63,398 nt of DNA, filler included, from Octopus bimaculoides (GCF_001194135.2; 5 parts of 4 records of this genome joined end to end with filler, not necessarily neighbours in it), one strand, 5' to 3'. Positions 1 through 12,134 are shown, numbered from the whole stretch's first letter. The notes: generated from the letters alone by a model not told the origin. Numbers and translations: made by a program.

Positions 1-266
1 GTATAGTCATTGATACGTATGTACTTAATGTTTATATACATACAAGCATGCATGCATACATGCCAAAATACGTGCATGCTTACATACATACATACATACG
101 TACGTACGTACGTACGTACGTACAACGTATATACACACATACGTACAAATATACATGCGTACATACGTATATACATACATATATTCAAGCATACGTACGT
201 ATATAACTTGTTTACTTTGTTAAAAGCTGTATTCCTTGAATACTTGTACATACGTATATACGTATA
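1..266. repeat. Mixed (TACA)n/(TACG)n microsatellite region
   Basis: Visible TACA/TACG tandem units; explains ORF 10..303. Confidence 0.9.
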
Positions 267-268
267 TA

Positions 269-1560
269 TCAGGTCATCCCATAAGTTCTGTCCGAATTTT
301 TAATAAATAAAACAAGTGATCAAATGTTATATTAAATTGAAATTTAATCATCAATGTACTTTCTCAGATTATCTATGACTTACTTCCATCTATTTACAAG
401 CTTTCTTTTTAATCTCATCAATGTAAAACTCTTTTGGTTTCAAAGCGAAGAAGTCTGAAATGTCAGTTTCGACCTCCTCCTGACTTGCGAAAGTTATGTC
501 CCCCAAATGATTCTGTAAACTACGAAACAAATGGTAGTCTGAAGGAGCAAGACCAGGAGAATAAGGTAGATGAGGAATTTTTTTCCCCACTATGCTCTTC
601 GATCTTCTGTGATGTGACCTCTGCAGTGTGGGGTCACGCATTGTCCTGATGAAATATCACTCCTTTCAATTCACTAAAGCAGATCTTTTTTTCTTCAAAA
701 CTTGGTTCAAACGCTCTCATTGCTGACAGTAAATTTGAGCATTGATTGTTGCATTAGGTGATAACAATTCAAAGTGAATTACTCCTTTGCAATCCCACCA
801 GATAGAGAGAAGAACCTTTTTCCCATGAAATTCCCTTCTCAGTTGTGGTTGAGCTTTTTCCTTTTTACCAAGCCACTGTTTATGACGTTTAACATTTCGA
901 TAGAAGATCCACTTTTCGTCACCAGTCACAAGTCTATCCAAAAAGGGTGAAATGAGTTCGCGAGAATGGAGAAAAGAGCAGATGTCAACTCGGGAATTGC
1001 GGTTGCTTTCGGACAATTCATGAGGCACCCATTTTCCAAGTTTAGGAAACTTTCCAAGTTGTTCAAGATGATGATGAACAGTTGTATAGTTTGAACTAAG
1101 CTTTTTTGCCAATTCTTCAACTGATAATGCAAGATTTTATTCAAGTAATGTCCCAAGGAACTTATCATCAAACTCAACTGGACGTCCGGTTCGATCTTCA
1201 TCTTCAAGGCTGAAATCTCCACTTCTGAATTTTGCAAATCATCATCTGCAAGTTCTTTCATTCAAGAATTATTTCCCATAAACTGAGTGTATGTTTGGAG
1301 TCGCTTCGGCTGCAGAGTTTCCTTGTTTGTACTCATAAAGCATCATGTGCCTCAAATGCACTTTGGATATTTCCATGTTAGAAAGGGTTTCAATCAAAGA
1401 AATTTTGATTCTATTATTCTGTAAAATGAAATTTAATTAGTTTAAATGTACACAAATGCATCAAAATAATTTTTAATTCCATTAGACATTCTACAATATT
1501 ATTAAATTTCATTCAATTTTAAAAAAGGTAAAATCGGACAGAACTTATGGGATGACCTGA
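269..1560 (-). mobile_element. Full-length mariner DNA transposon, decayed
   Basis: Perfect 26-bp TIRs TCAGGTCATCCCATAAGTTCTGTCCG (269-294) and its reverse complement (1535-1560); TA TSD at 267-268 and 1561-1562; 1292 bp. Confidence 0.97.
344..1376 (-). pseudogene. Mariner transposase pseudogene
   Basis: ATG at 1376 (MEISKVHLRH); WVPHEL, VTGDEKW, HQDNA and YSPGLAPSDYHLFRSL motifs; in-frame stops and frameshifts. Confidence 0.95.
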
Positions 1561-1631
1561 TACATGCTTGCATGCAAGCATGCATCCGTACGTACGTACG
1601 TACGTACGTACATATAACGTACATACATACA

Positions 1632-1665
<34 letters not shown>
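1561..1665. repeat. (TACG)n/(TACA)n microsatellite
   Basis: Tandem units; the mariner sits at a TA within this microsatellite context. Confidence 0.9.
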
Positions 1666-2519
1666 GTTCGTCCGTCAAATTTGACGGCAATCTTGCAGCT
1701 ACTCACAAGGATAAGTTATAATTGTTAATAAATAACAGAAAAAGAGTAAGATATAAAAAATAAATAATATAAAGAAGTAAAGGAAGATGTCTTAAGTTAT
1801 CGTATTTTTTCAAAGGTGATCAATGAAATCATTGTCTTCGCCCATGCAACACTTCAGGAGTGGACGCATCCATGCAGGGGACGGGCATATTACAACCGCT
1901 CTCGTGTATACTGCATTTTCCTTGTGTCTGGAGCTACTTAGATGGCGATATTTCAGTGTGTTATACTCTGACTGCTGCAATCAGTGGCCCACCGTCTGTG
2001 GCCCCAAGAAATTTTTCAGCCATCAGTGATCAATGAAATCCTTGACTAATTACGAAGCAATTCAAGAAGGGCCACTGTCATGAACGGTAATTACACCTGT
2101 ATATACTATGCATTTCTTGTGTTGGAAAGTACAGAAATTGCGGTATTACATTGTTACAGATGTGCGGTGCCTCTACTTCCATATTGAGATCATTTGACCC
2201 ATGGATGAAGATAGGCAAAGTGTGTGAAACAAAGTCATACTAGCAAAACAATGGGGTTTAAATTTGAAGCATTTCATCTCCAAGAGGCATGTTATAACTA
2301 CAACGTACGCAGATGTTGTAAGTACTTCGGAACCATAGAGACACACAAACATGAATATTCAAGAAGAGACGATATAAATAGTGTAATACAAACATAAGAG
2401 CTTATGAGAATGCTTGACTCATATTTCAACAGAATAACGAAAAGTTTATATCGCTGTTCTGAATTTAACAAACAAATGTGGATTAAAATTCATCCATCAA
2501 AGGATGAAGAGTATCAAGA

Positions 2520-2564
<45 letters not shown>

Positions 2565-2834
2565 ATACGCGCGCACACACACACACACACACAAACTCTC
2601 CGAAATGTTATCTTCCTGCTAACCTGAAACTCTCAAACCCTATAAATATTTAAAACCTTACACAGCACCCCAAGAATAATCATGAATGTATAGAACTAAA
2701 AATTCCTGATCAACACATGTCTAAGCCTTCAAATTTATTCAACCAATTACCCCTGTTTAAATTACAATTGACTATTTCATCGAGCAAACAGTGATTACGG
2801 CCAGTTTAGTCCACTAGTACAATACTGTTCTCTG

Positions 2835-3521
2835 CAGTGGCGGCTCGTGTGTAGGCACTGTGGGACTGCAGCATTCCCTATTTTCACTCGATATTATCGA
2901 TAACATTTAATATAATGAGTCCTTTTTTCTTTCATTCTTTCTTTATACTTGTACATTATATAATCCTTAAGCTTAATCTCTTAATTTCTATACAAAACTC
3001 CTTGTATAGAACTGTGTGCTTCACATAGAACTGTGTGCTTCACAGTTCCAGCGGCGCAGTGTTTGGCTGTTGTGTGCATGCTCACATGTCCGAGATAGGA
3101 AGCTTCACGCTAGGTAGAGAGAGCACTGCGTGAACAACAGTGCCAACACGGAAAGGTTCTGGTGAAAGGTAGCGTTTCATTTTGACTCTGCATGTGTTGT
3201 GCTTAAAGCGTGCTTATATTCTTGAATGTGATAAAGTGTAGAATTAGATTATTATCCTGCTTCCAGCTATACTGTTGCTACCAGGATTTGAAAAATAGGG
3301 CACATTTCCGTCACTTATTTTATGATTTAGTGGGGATTTTTGAAAAACAAGGGGGAATTCGCGGCGGTGTTCAGTGAACAAATTAAACACATTACTCGGC
3401 AGTGGCTAAAACGCGAACCGATCAAGTTTATGTATATTTTTTTAAAAATATGTTTGTTTCCTTTTACACAATATTAAAACAACGGCTAAAAATTTTTTGT
3501 ATTAACTACGAGCCGCCACTG
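2835..3521. mobile_element. Non-autonomous hAT-type MITE (687 bp)
   Basis: Perfect 14-bp TIR CAGTGGCGGCTCGT (2835-2848 / 3508-3521); 8-bp flanking duplication GTTCTCTG (2827-2834) / ATTCTCTG (3522-3529), 7/8 match; internal 19-bp tandem duplication 3006-3043; no transposase ORF. Confidence 0.85.
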
Positions 3522-4057
3522 ATTCTCTGATTCTTTATATATTTAATCTTTCTCTGTATTTTCATGTATATTAACTAAATCATTCAAATCCTTGAACACA
3601 CGACGATAAGTAGACATTGAAGTTGAACTATTTGAGTAAAGGCTTGCTTTATAGCCTCTCCTAGGTAAGATCTCAAACCACTCTGAGGCTTGAAAGTGTA
3701 CTAATATCATTCAAAACTTCCCATATTGGTGTATGTTACTTAATACTTTTAAATTTTAGAATAGTATTAGCAAGTCCGTATGTATGTAAATGTATGCCTA
3801 AAACATGGTGCAGGTAGACATGTGTAGGATTGAATAAACCTCGAGCTGGCACGTCAGTGGGCGTATCCTCACTAAGAATCAATGAAAATATAATACCTAG
3901 AGAAATCTAGGTTCCGCAAATTTCTTACCTCGTATATGTATATGCACGTCTGTATGTATATGCACGTCTGTATATATATGTCTACGTGTGCATTGATGAG
4001 CGTGTGCGCATAAATTGCATATGCGTGCTTGCATGTCAGTATATGCGCGTGTATGTA

Positions 4058-5390
4058 TTGGGTTGGCAACTAAGTTCCCGCCGTTTTTTTTTTTATTTTG
4101 GAATTCATTGTGCTTTTAAATTTTCAAATCTATTTTCTTCGAGAATTCTATTTTTGAATAATTTTGGAATCGTTTTTTTTTTTTCTAGTTAATTTTAGTT
4201 AATTTTTGTTTATTTTCAGATCATTAAAATCGAATGTCAAGTTAAGAAAAACGAGAATTTTCGACACCTCCATTTTGCTTNNNNNNNNNNNNNNNNNNNN
4301 NNNNNNNNNNNNNNNNNNNNNNNNNNNNNNNNNNNNNNNNNNNNNNNNNNNNNNNNNNNNNNNNNNNNNNNNNNNNNNNNNNNNNNNNNNNNNNNNNNNN
4401 NNNNNNNNNNNNNNNNNNNNNNNNNNNNNNNNNNNNNNNNNNNNNNNNNNNNNNNNNNNNNNNNNNNNNNNNNNNNNNNNNNNNNNNNNNNNNNNNNNNN
4501 NNNNNNNNNNNNNNNNNNNNNNNNNNNNNNNNNNNNNNNNNNNNNNNNNNNNNNNNNNNNNNNNNNNNNNNNNNNNNNNNNNNNNNNNNNNNNNNNNNNN
4601 NNNNNNNNNNNNNNNNNNNNNNNNNNNNNNNNNNNNNNNNNNNNNNNNNNNNNNNNNNNNNNNNNNNNNNNNNNNNNNNNNNNNNNNNNNNNNNNNNNNN
4701 NNNNNNNNNNNNNNNNNNNNNNNNNNNNNNNNNNNNNNNNNNNNNNNNNNNNNNNNNNNNNNNNNNNNNNNNNNNNNNNCAGCGTAAGGAATGGCTTAGC
4801 CCCGGCAAATAAGCGACGCAGTGCGTGAAACAAGATCTTTATCCGCGAAAAACGATGTTGTGCGTATGGTGGGACTGGGAAAGGAATTATCCATTACGAA
4901 TTGCTTGAACGGAACCAAACGGTCAACGCGGAAGTCTATGTTCAACAGATGGAACAACTCAACACGGCTATTCAAGAGAAAAGACCTAATCGGCAGCATG
5001 GGGTTCGTCTGCTGCACGACAACACCTGCCCTCATATCGCCAATATGACCAAGGAAGCCATTCAAACGCATGGCTGGGAAGTGCTATCACACCCGCCGTA
5101 CTCTCCTGATTTGGCACCAACGGATTTCCACCTCTTTCGATCTCTTTCAAATGCTATGCGCGGAGTTTCGTTCAATACAGATGCAGAATTGAGAGCTTGG
5201 TTGGATCAATTTTTCGTGTCGAAATCGGATGGTTTCTACCAACGAAGTATTGAAAATCTTCTTGAACGTTGGGAAGAAGTTGTAAACAACAAGAGTAAGT
5301 ACATTATTGATAAATTAGTTGTTATTTTTTATTAAACCTTTTAAAAAATTTTAATTTAAAAAAACGGTGAGAACTTAGTTGTCAATCCAA
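4058..5390 (+). mobile_element. Mariner DNA transposon (second family), middle lost in an N gap
   Basis: 30-bp TIRs TTGGGTTGGCAACTAAGTTCCCGCCGTTTT / mirror at 5361-5390 (4 mismatches); TA TSD 4056-4057 and 5391-5392; N-terminal ECQVKKNENFRHL with the start ATG apparently mutated to ATC. Confidence 0.96.
4780..5335 (+). pseudogene. Mariner transposase C-terminal half, D34D catalytic spacing
   Basis: MLCVWWD, HDNTCPH...YSPDLAPTDFHLFRSL with 34 residues between the two Asp; upstream in-frame stop. Confidence 0.93.
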
Positions 5391-5918
5391 TATTTATATT
5401 CCGTTTATATTTTCAATTGTTTAGCTTCCGTCAAACATATATTATGCCTATATGTATGCATGAGCGGGATGTGGTTGCAGGTGTGCGTGTAAGAGTTAGC
5501 ACGTGCGTTTGTGGATCTATAAACGTCAATGCTGACCTACTAAGCGCATTGTCGTCGATTTCAATCAACTCTCGTGAACAATGCACCCACAGAAAAACGC
5601 TTGAAACATTAAACCTAAAAACTACTTCCGGATGAAACAAATATAATTAAAACAACTTTCATCATATAACTATATAATGCAACGATCAATATTAACGCTG
5701 TAAAATTAGTGCCAACAGAAAAATATTTAAAAGAACACTCAATGCAATATATATATATATATATATANNNNNNNNNNNNNNNNNNNNNNNNNNNNNNNNN
5801 NNNNNNNNNNNNNNNNNNNNNNNNNNNNNNNNNNNNNNNNNNNNNNNNNNNNNNNNNNNNNNNNNNNNNNNNNNNNNNNNNNNNNNNNNNNNNNNNNNNN
5901 NNNNNNNNNNNNNNNNNN

Positions 5919-6139
5919 CAGATCGGTGGCTATCGGACGCTGACGAAGGGAAATAACCCTGAAACCCGGGTCCGTTCGTGCTACAGATCACGATGAGAGG
6001 GATAACTTCCCTTGGCAAAACAAACAGGACACAGAAGTGTGTCGATAAGCCAGCTGGAGGAGATGTCCTCCTGGGGCTAAAAGCAACAGTAACATCCACC
6101 CCTAGGGGTCAGCCACATTTAAGTGGCAATATACTTCAC
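5919..6139 (+). mobile_element. Unclassified interspersed repeat carrying a hammerhead and a hairpin-rich 3' part
   Basis: 6031-6139 is homologous to the reverse complement of 21638-21746 on a different scaffold piece; 5' end hidden by an N gap. Confidence 0.6.
5921..5989 (+). ncRNA. Type I hammerhead ribozyme motif
   Basis: CTGACGA 5940-5946; stem II AGGG/CCCT with loop AAATAA; GAAA 5961-5964; stem III AC-CCGG-GT; GUC site 5970-5972; stem I CGGACG/CGTTCG extended by GTGGC/GCTAC and GATC/GATC. Confidence 0.85.
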
Positions 6140-7596
6140 TTTATATATATACATATATATATATATATACGCATATAAAGTATGCTTACAACTTATTAAT
6201 ATATTATTTATAATGCTTACACGTCAATTTACAAATAAACACGCAAAAATGAATCATCTAGTCACTTTTTTGCATTTTATAACTCCTCAGTTACATAAAC
6301 AAACTTTTCAGTATCTCTCGTAACACTCTTGAACTAAGCATATTAATCACGCATTAATCACGATTGTTTTTATTTTATGAATTGCTTGCACAACGAACGC
6401 TTTCACTTCTCTTAATAAACATTATTAAATTAGTAGTTACTATCTCCTCCCATTCACTAAATTACCGAATGAATTTCCTAAGATATTCGTTAGAATTATA
6501 TGGATTCAGACAATAATAACAGCATGTAACTACCACCTCTATCAACGAGTTTCGCTCCTCTCCTTTTTCTAAATTATACTCAAATAAACACAGGATTTAA
6601 TGGAATAGACAATAAACTAAATAAATAAAATAAAAATATAAAAGAGTTATATTTACATATCACTACCACATCTTTCATTGTGCTCTCCTGCCAAGTCTCA
6701 AATAAACTGCAAGCTGCATTACATAGCTGTTGGATCACGCAAATAGCCAGAAAATAACCTAAATATATGCACGAACCTTTTTATCCACTTACAACTTTGG
6801 CCTCAACGGAACACTACATTTTAATCATAAAATTAAGATGCCCATAAAGTAGACGTAATTTGCCACCTACACCGCTCCACAAAACTATAAATAAAATTCT
6901 TTGTTTTCTTTGAAATAGCACGTACAGGCAATACCAAAATATAATCTCATATACCCCCTTTACAATCATCCTTCTCTCAATGTCCATATGCCTCGTTCTC
7001 TTGCATCCCTTTCATAATATGATTATATAAGCACAACTTTTAATTCCTCATTAATGCCATGATAAAGTTTGGTTATGAGAAATAAATTGTGCATTTGTAT
7101 ATTCTGCAATTATAAAATAATAAAATTGTACACACACACATACACACACATACATAGATGCATACATACATACAGAGAGCGGGAATGGGAAGAGAGAAGT
7201 GTAATCTAAACTTCAGATGTTTTTATTTTATTTATTTATTTATTTAGTAAACACACATTTAGCTTTGCTGGGAAGTGAAGACACTCATTAAATCACTTCT
7301 TTCCTCTCTGTAGTCAGGAAAAGATATCGATATTACCAGTTTTAGTATTTATTAAAGCTTCATCAGTGATCTGTTGCTTTTTCCTGGCCTCGGAGCTTAC
7401 AGGTATTTTTATGATATACACGTACTTAGACAGAAGTAAATTATTCTGCTTAATTTGCATAAAAATGAAGAGTTTGCCACAAGAATTAATCAATAGAGCT
7501 CACCACACAGCCTGTTTTACCATAACCACCAGACATAGGAAAACTGCTTGTCCTTCCCAGCCAAAAGAAGTCAGTGGAGTCGGCTGATAACTGAAA

Positions 7597-8360
7597 CTAC
7601 CCTAAACATGATAGCAGCCGTTCGACATATCTCCACAAGTCATCAATGCTCAAGCAGTGTACGATTGTGTGCAAGAGAGTTTCGTCGTCCTGCGCTCATC
7701 TCGAGCGGGCACGGCTGACGGCACAACCATGTCTGCACAGTTTATACCGAACCAGTGATGCCTCGCTCCTACCGGTAACTCTGCCAAGTTAAGTATCTCT
7801 GGAAATGCTCCATGGATCCCGTCCCAAAAGTTCTCCGTAGAAGACCAGCCAATTAATTTTTCTCAACGCCTAGAGTTTCCTGGAGGACAGTGTCGCTCTT
7901 ACCTACCACTAACTCTCTATAGAACGCCATGGTGGAATATCAACCGACCGCATTGCTCAAGTGGCAGAGGGCTAACGGCTAGATACCATGCCGCCTTTCT
8001 TGATCTAGAACAGTAGCTCTGTCAAAGAGACGTGTTGCAGAAAAGAGCGTCTAGTAAACGGCCAGCGCCCCTTCTTGTCGAGAAAGCACTGGAGATTTCA
8101 TAGCTATAGCGCATGTCAGCGCATCATCTACAACAGCATGTCCAGTCCGTCATGCAGTAGATATTGTCAGTAAATAGGCCATCTAAATAGTAGAATGCAT
8201 CCCCTTCAAAAGAAGCGGAAGAGCAAGCATTCCATTCTGGTCAGCCATGAAGCAGGATAAAGTACAGCGGTCAGATAATCGCATATGACGGATACGATGA
8301 AGGCATTGGTCACCTTTGCCCGACCCCTATACTGAGTGAGACTAGCTATCCTGCGCGTCT
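7597..8360 (-). mobile_element. Tx1/L1-clade LINE ORF2 C-terminal fragment, decayed
   Basis: Minus-strand remnants GRAKVTNAFIVSVI...RMECLLFRFF*RG, FYRELV, RTFGTGSMEHFQRYLTWQSYR, LCRHGCAVSRARSR*AQDDETLLHTIVHCLSIDDLWRYVE (decayed zf-RVT type CCHC motif). Confidence 0.8.
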
Positions 8361-9169
8361 CATCCACCTGGACCGAACCGAACTTGACCAAACCAAACTA
8401 AACCAAACCTTATGCGATTTAACGGGTCCGTCTGTCTTTTAATAATAATATTTTTTACGAAGGCCACACATATGTTGGGAGGTAATGGTTGATTATTTGA
8501 CAGGCACGTGTTTTATTGACCCTTATTGAATCATAAAAGTTATGTCCGAACTGGCGTTGTTTCAAATCAGACCATAAAGATACGTCACAAAATAACAGAA
8601 GTTCCTTTGTTCAGTGTTCTACTGATTTTACCAACCCCGGAAAATAATAACAATGAAAATTGTGTATATATAGTGTATATGTACACATGTTTCAATATAT
8701 CTGCCTGTGTGTAGATGTTTGTATGTGTCTATGTCTGGGATATGAGCACGTTTGTATGCAGGCAAAGAAGCTAGTTTAATGTGAACTAGCTGAAGTTGAA
8801 TGAATTAGACTTCCATTCATTATCACAATGTTAAGATTCATTGTATACAGGTGGGAGGAAAAGACAGGTGTATTTTACACTGGGTAGAAATAGTAAAAGA
8901 ATACCTTGGAATAAAATGAAACTTAATCATGAGTGTAGACGACAAAAGCAGAAGAAAAAAAAAATAGAACATTTAAGATTTGTATTGCTTTTTTAAGTCT
9001 CACCTTTCTTCAGCCACCATCTTTTCATTTGTATCTTTGTTTGAAAGTCAATATAATATATAGTTTGACTTACTTTATTTTGTTTCTATTTATTCCAGAT
9101 TTTTATGAAAAATAACTTTGTTAGAAGGAAATATTTATCATACTGCTCGATGTTACTTGTTTTATGTAT

Positions 9170-9170
9170 A

Positions 9171-9211
<41 letters not shown>

Positions 9212-9746
9212 GTGTGTGTATGCATGTATGTATGTATCTATGTATGTATGTATTTTTAAAACAAATGAGGGAAAGAGAAAATGGAATTCACGAGATTATT
9301 AATCACACCGATCGTTTCGACCCATCTTGTATCGGTCCCTCGNNNNNNNNNNNNNNNNNNNNNNNNNNNNNNNNNNNNNNNNNNNNNNNNNNNNNNNNNN
9401 NNNNNNNNNNNNNNNNNNNNNNNNNNNNNNNNNNNNNNNNNNNNNNNNNNNNNNNNNNNNNNNNNNNNNNNNNNNNNNNNNNNNNNNNNNNNNNNNNNNN
9501 NNNNNNNNNNNNNNNNNNNNNNNNNNNNNNNNNNNNNNNNNNNNNNNNNNNNNNNNNNNNNNNNNNNNNNNNNATATATATATATATATATATATATATA
9601 TCTGTGTGTGTCTGCATGTATGTATGTATGTATGTATGTGTGAATGTATGTATGTATTTTTAAAACAAATGAGGGAAAGAGAAAATGGAATTCACGAGAT
9701 TATTAATCACACCGATCGTTTCGACCCATCTTGTATCGGTCCCTCG
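9170..9746 (+). repeat. Near-identical duplicated segment on both sides of an N gap (likely allelic or assembly redundancy)
   Basis: About 9251-9342 is repeated at about 9655-9746, identical in unique sequence; only the adjoining microsatellites differ. Confidence 0.8.
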
Positions 9747-9866
9747 CGGATGAGATTCTGGACAACTAGCTGTAGTGCAGCCTTCGATGCAGATATGTCA
9801 CGTCAGGTGATTTTTCGAAAGATATACCTCGCCGTATGTGTGTGTGTATGTATATATGTATGTATA

Positions 9867-9937
<71 letters not shown>

Positions 9938-9947
9938 NNNNNNNNNN

Positions 9948-9998
<51 letters not shown>

Positions 9999-10130
9999 AG
10001 AGAGAGAGAAATACATATATACATGTGTGTGTGTGTGTGTGTGTATACCAAAATGTTGTTTAGTATTTTGATATATCCTCATTTGTTTTTGCTTTACTCA
10101 CACACACTCTTCGAGGTATATATATATATT

Positions 10131-10165
<35 letters not shown>

Positions 10166-10569
10166 TTTTATATATACATATACCTCGATGAGTGTGTGTG
10201 TGTGTGTGTATGGTGGGTGGGTGGGGGGAATAAAGCAAAAACAAATGAAGATATATTAAATATCAAACAACATTTTCTGCTTTATTGAAATGACCTCAGA
10301 TTCTGGAGAATGTAGAACAATCGCTTAATAGGATATTTTGGAACCAAACTCCAAATGGAAGAATCTATGAATTCTCAAAAATAGGCTTATTAAGGACAAC
10401 ATTTTCTGGAGATAAAAAGGACTGATCTGATCACATGTTTCTGCCTCAGCAGGAGTCATCATTACAGTAGTTTCCTACCTTATCTCTAGCAAAGAAGACA
10501 CTGACACACTCACATATACATACATGCGCGCACACACACATACCCCCACATACACACATACACGCACAC

Positions 10570-10708
10570 GCACATATATATACTCGCACACATACATACA
10601 TATGTACATACAAACATACATACATACATACATACATGCATGCATGCATACATACATACATACATACATACATACATACATACATACATACATACATACA
10701 TACATACA
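10570..10708. repeat. (TACA)n microsatellite
   Basis: Tandem units. Confidence 0.95.
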
Positions 10709-11257
10709 TTGTCTGGGACAGGATAACAAAAAAAGAAAACACCTGCAGACGAAGTTGACTAAATTACAACAGATGGGTAAAAAAAAATTTGGTGGAACTT
10801 AAAAATTAAAACAGCCACCAAATTAAAAACACAACGGACCAGATATTGTTGCATGGGACCACAAAGAAAAGATATGTTCTGTTGTGGAAGTCAGCAGCCC
10901 TCTGGACACCAGTGGTTAGAAAAATACAAGAAAAAGAAGACATCTGTGAACTATTTATAAAGGGTTTGCACATCCAGTATCCCTGATACACTTTCACTTT
11001 CATACCTACTATTATTGTGGCAACAGGGTACATATCAATCCATTTGGGGCAAAGTATGGCTGAACTTAGATTCATGGGGAGAGGACGCAAATCCATAATC
11101 CATACACTACAAATGATAATATCTGGGACTACAAAAATTTGCAAGACCTGAAGATTTAAAGGATGATGAACAAAACAAGATGCTTTCTTTCACAACCTTG
11201 CTACCAAGTAGATGGTTGGTCAAAATTTATTCTAAGTTAAAATAAAAAAGAGAACAT
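10709..11257 (+). mobile_element. 5'-truncated RLE-bearing non-LTR retrotransposon (R4/NeSL-type): endonuclease + 3' UTR
   Basis: IWWNLKIKTATKLKHNGPDIVAWDHKEKICSVVEVSSPLD (PD..E type nuclease), later FIPTIIVATG and SGTTKICKT*; AATAAA at 11241; (CATA)n follows. Confidence 0.8.
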
Positions 11258-11317
11258 CATACATACAAACATACATACATACATACATACATACATACAT
11301 ACATGCATACATACATA
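11258..11317. repeat. (CATA)n microsatellite at the 3' end of the RLE element
   Basis: Tandem units. Confidence 0.9.
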
Positions 11318-11867
11318 CTGTTTCTAATTTTGTTCTAAACCAGTTTGTGTATATGATTCCTAGAAAGACTGTGAAATTATAATAAAGGATTGTGATTTCA
11401 ATTAAGTGAGATCTCATTTAGCATAGACCCAGTCTAGTCTACCCAGTTGTTTCAACCAGATTGTTTATATAGCAATTATTTCTTGGTACTGTTTAGTGTG
11501 CTGTGCATTAACAATAAATCAACACTAACTTAAGTATTGTTTTGTGTGTGGATGATGTCTCTGAATTATTTGATTTCTAAAAATTTCCCTTTACGCAAAT
11601 CAATGTACGCTAATGTACTTTTACACAGATATTCTTTCATCATTACCTCAGCAAATACGGTGAAAGCTATATTTCACTGATGGGATCCCTCTAAGTCCAA
11701 AATATGTTCAGAGTTGTCTCCCAAATTTGCTGAAAAACGGAAAAAAGGTATAAATCATTGTCAATCTTTACTTAGCGCCTAATTAGTTCGATTTAGATTT
11801 TTAATGATCTCTACTAAAATTTTAATTTTAAAGTCATATTCGTACATATATATGTACAGTATACGCA

Positions 11868-11910
<43 letters not shown>

Positions 11911-12080
11911 ATGCAAATGCGTGTGGATATGTTGGCTTATGGTTAAGCATATTGAATAAAGAACACATGCATACGCACATTGCACACACACACAAACACA
12001 GACGCGCACGCGTGTACGTGTGTNNNNNNNNNNTGTGTGTGTGTAAGTGGATGAGACAAACAGGAACAGAGAGAAAGAGC

Positions 12081-12134
<54 letters not shown>

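Noticed and set aside
9706-9752. Hammerhead-like GACC...GGTC-GAAAC on the minus strand
   Set aside because: Core reads CCGCGAG instead of CUGANGA and there is no valid NUH triplet; at most a dead relic
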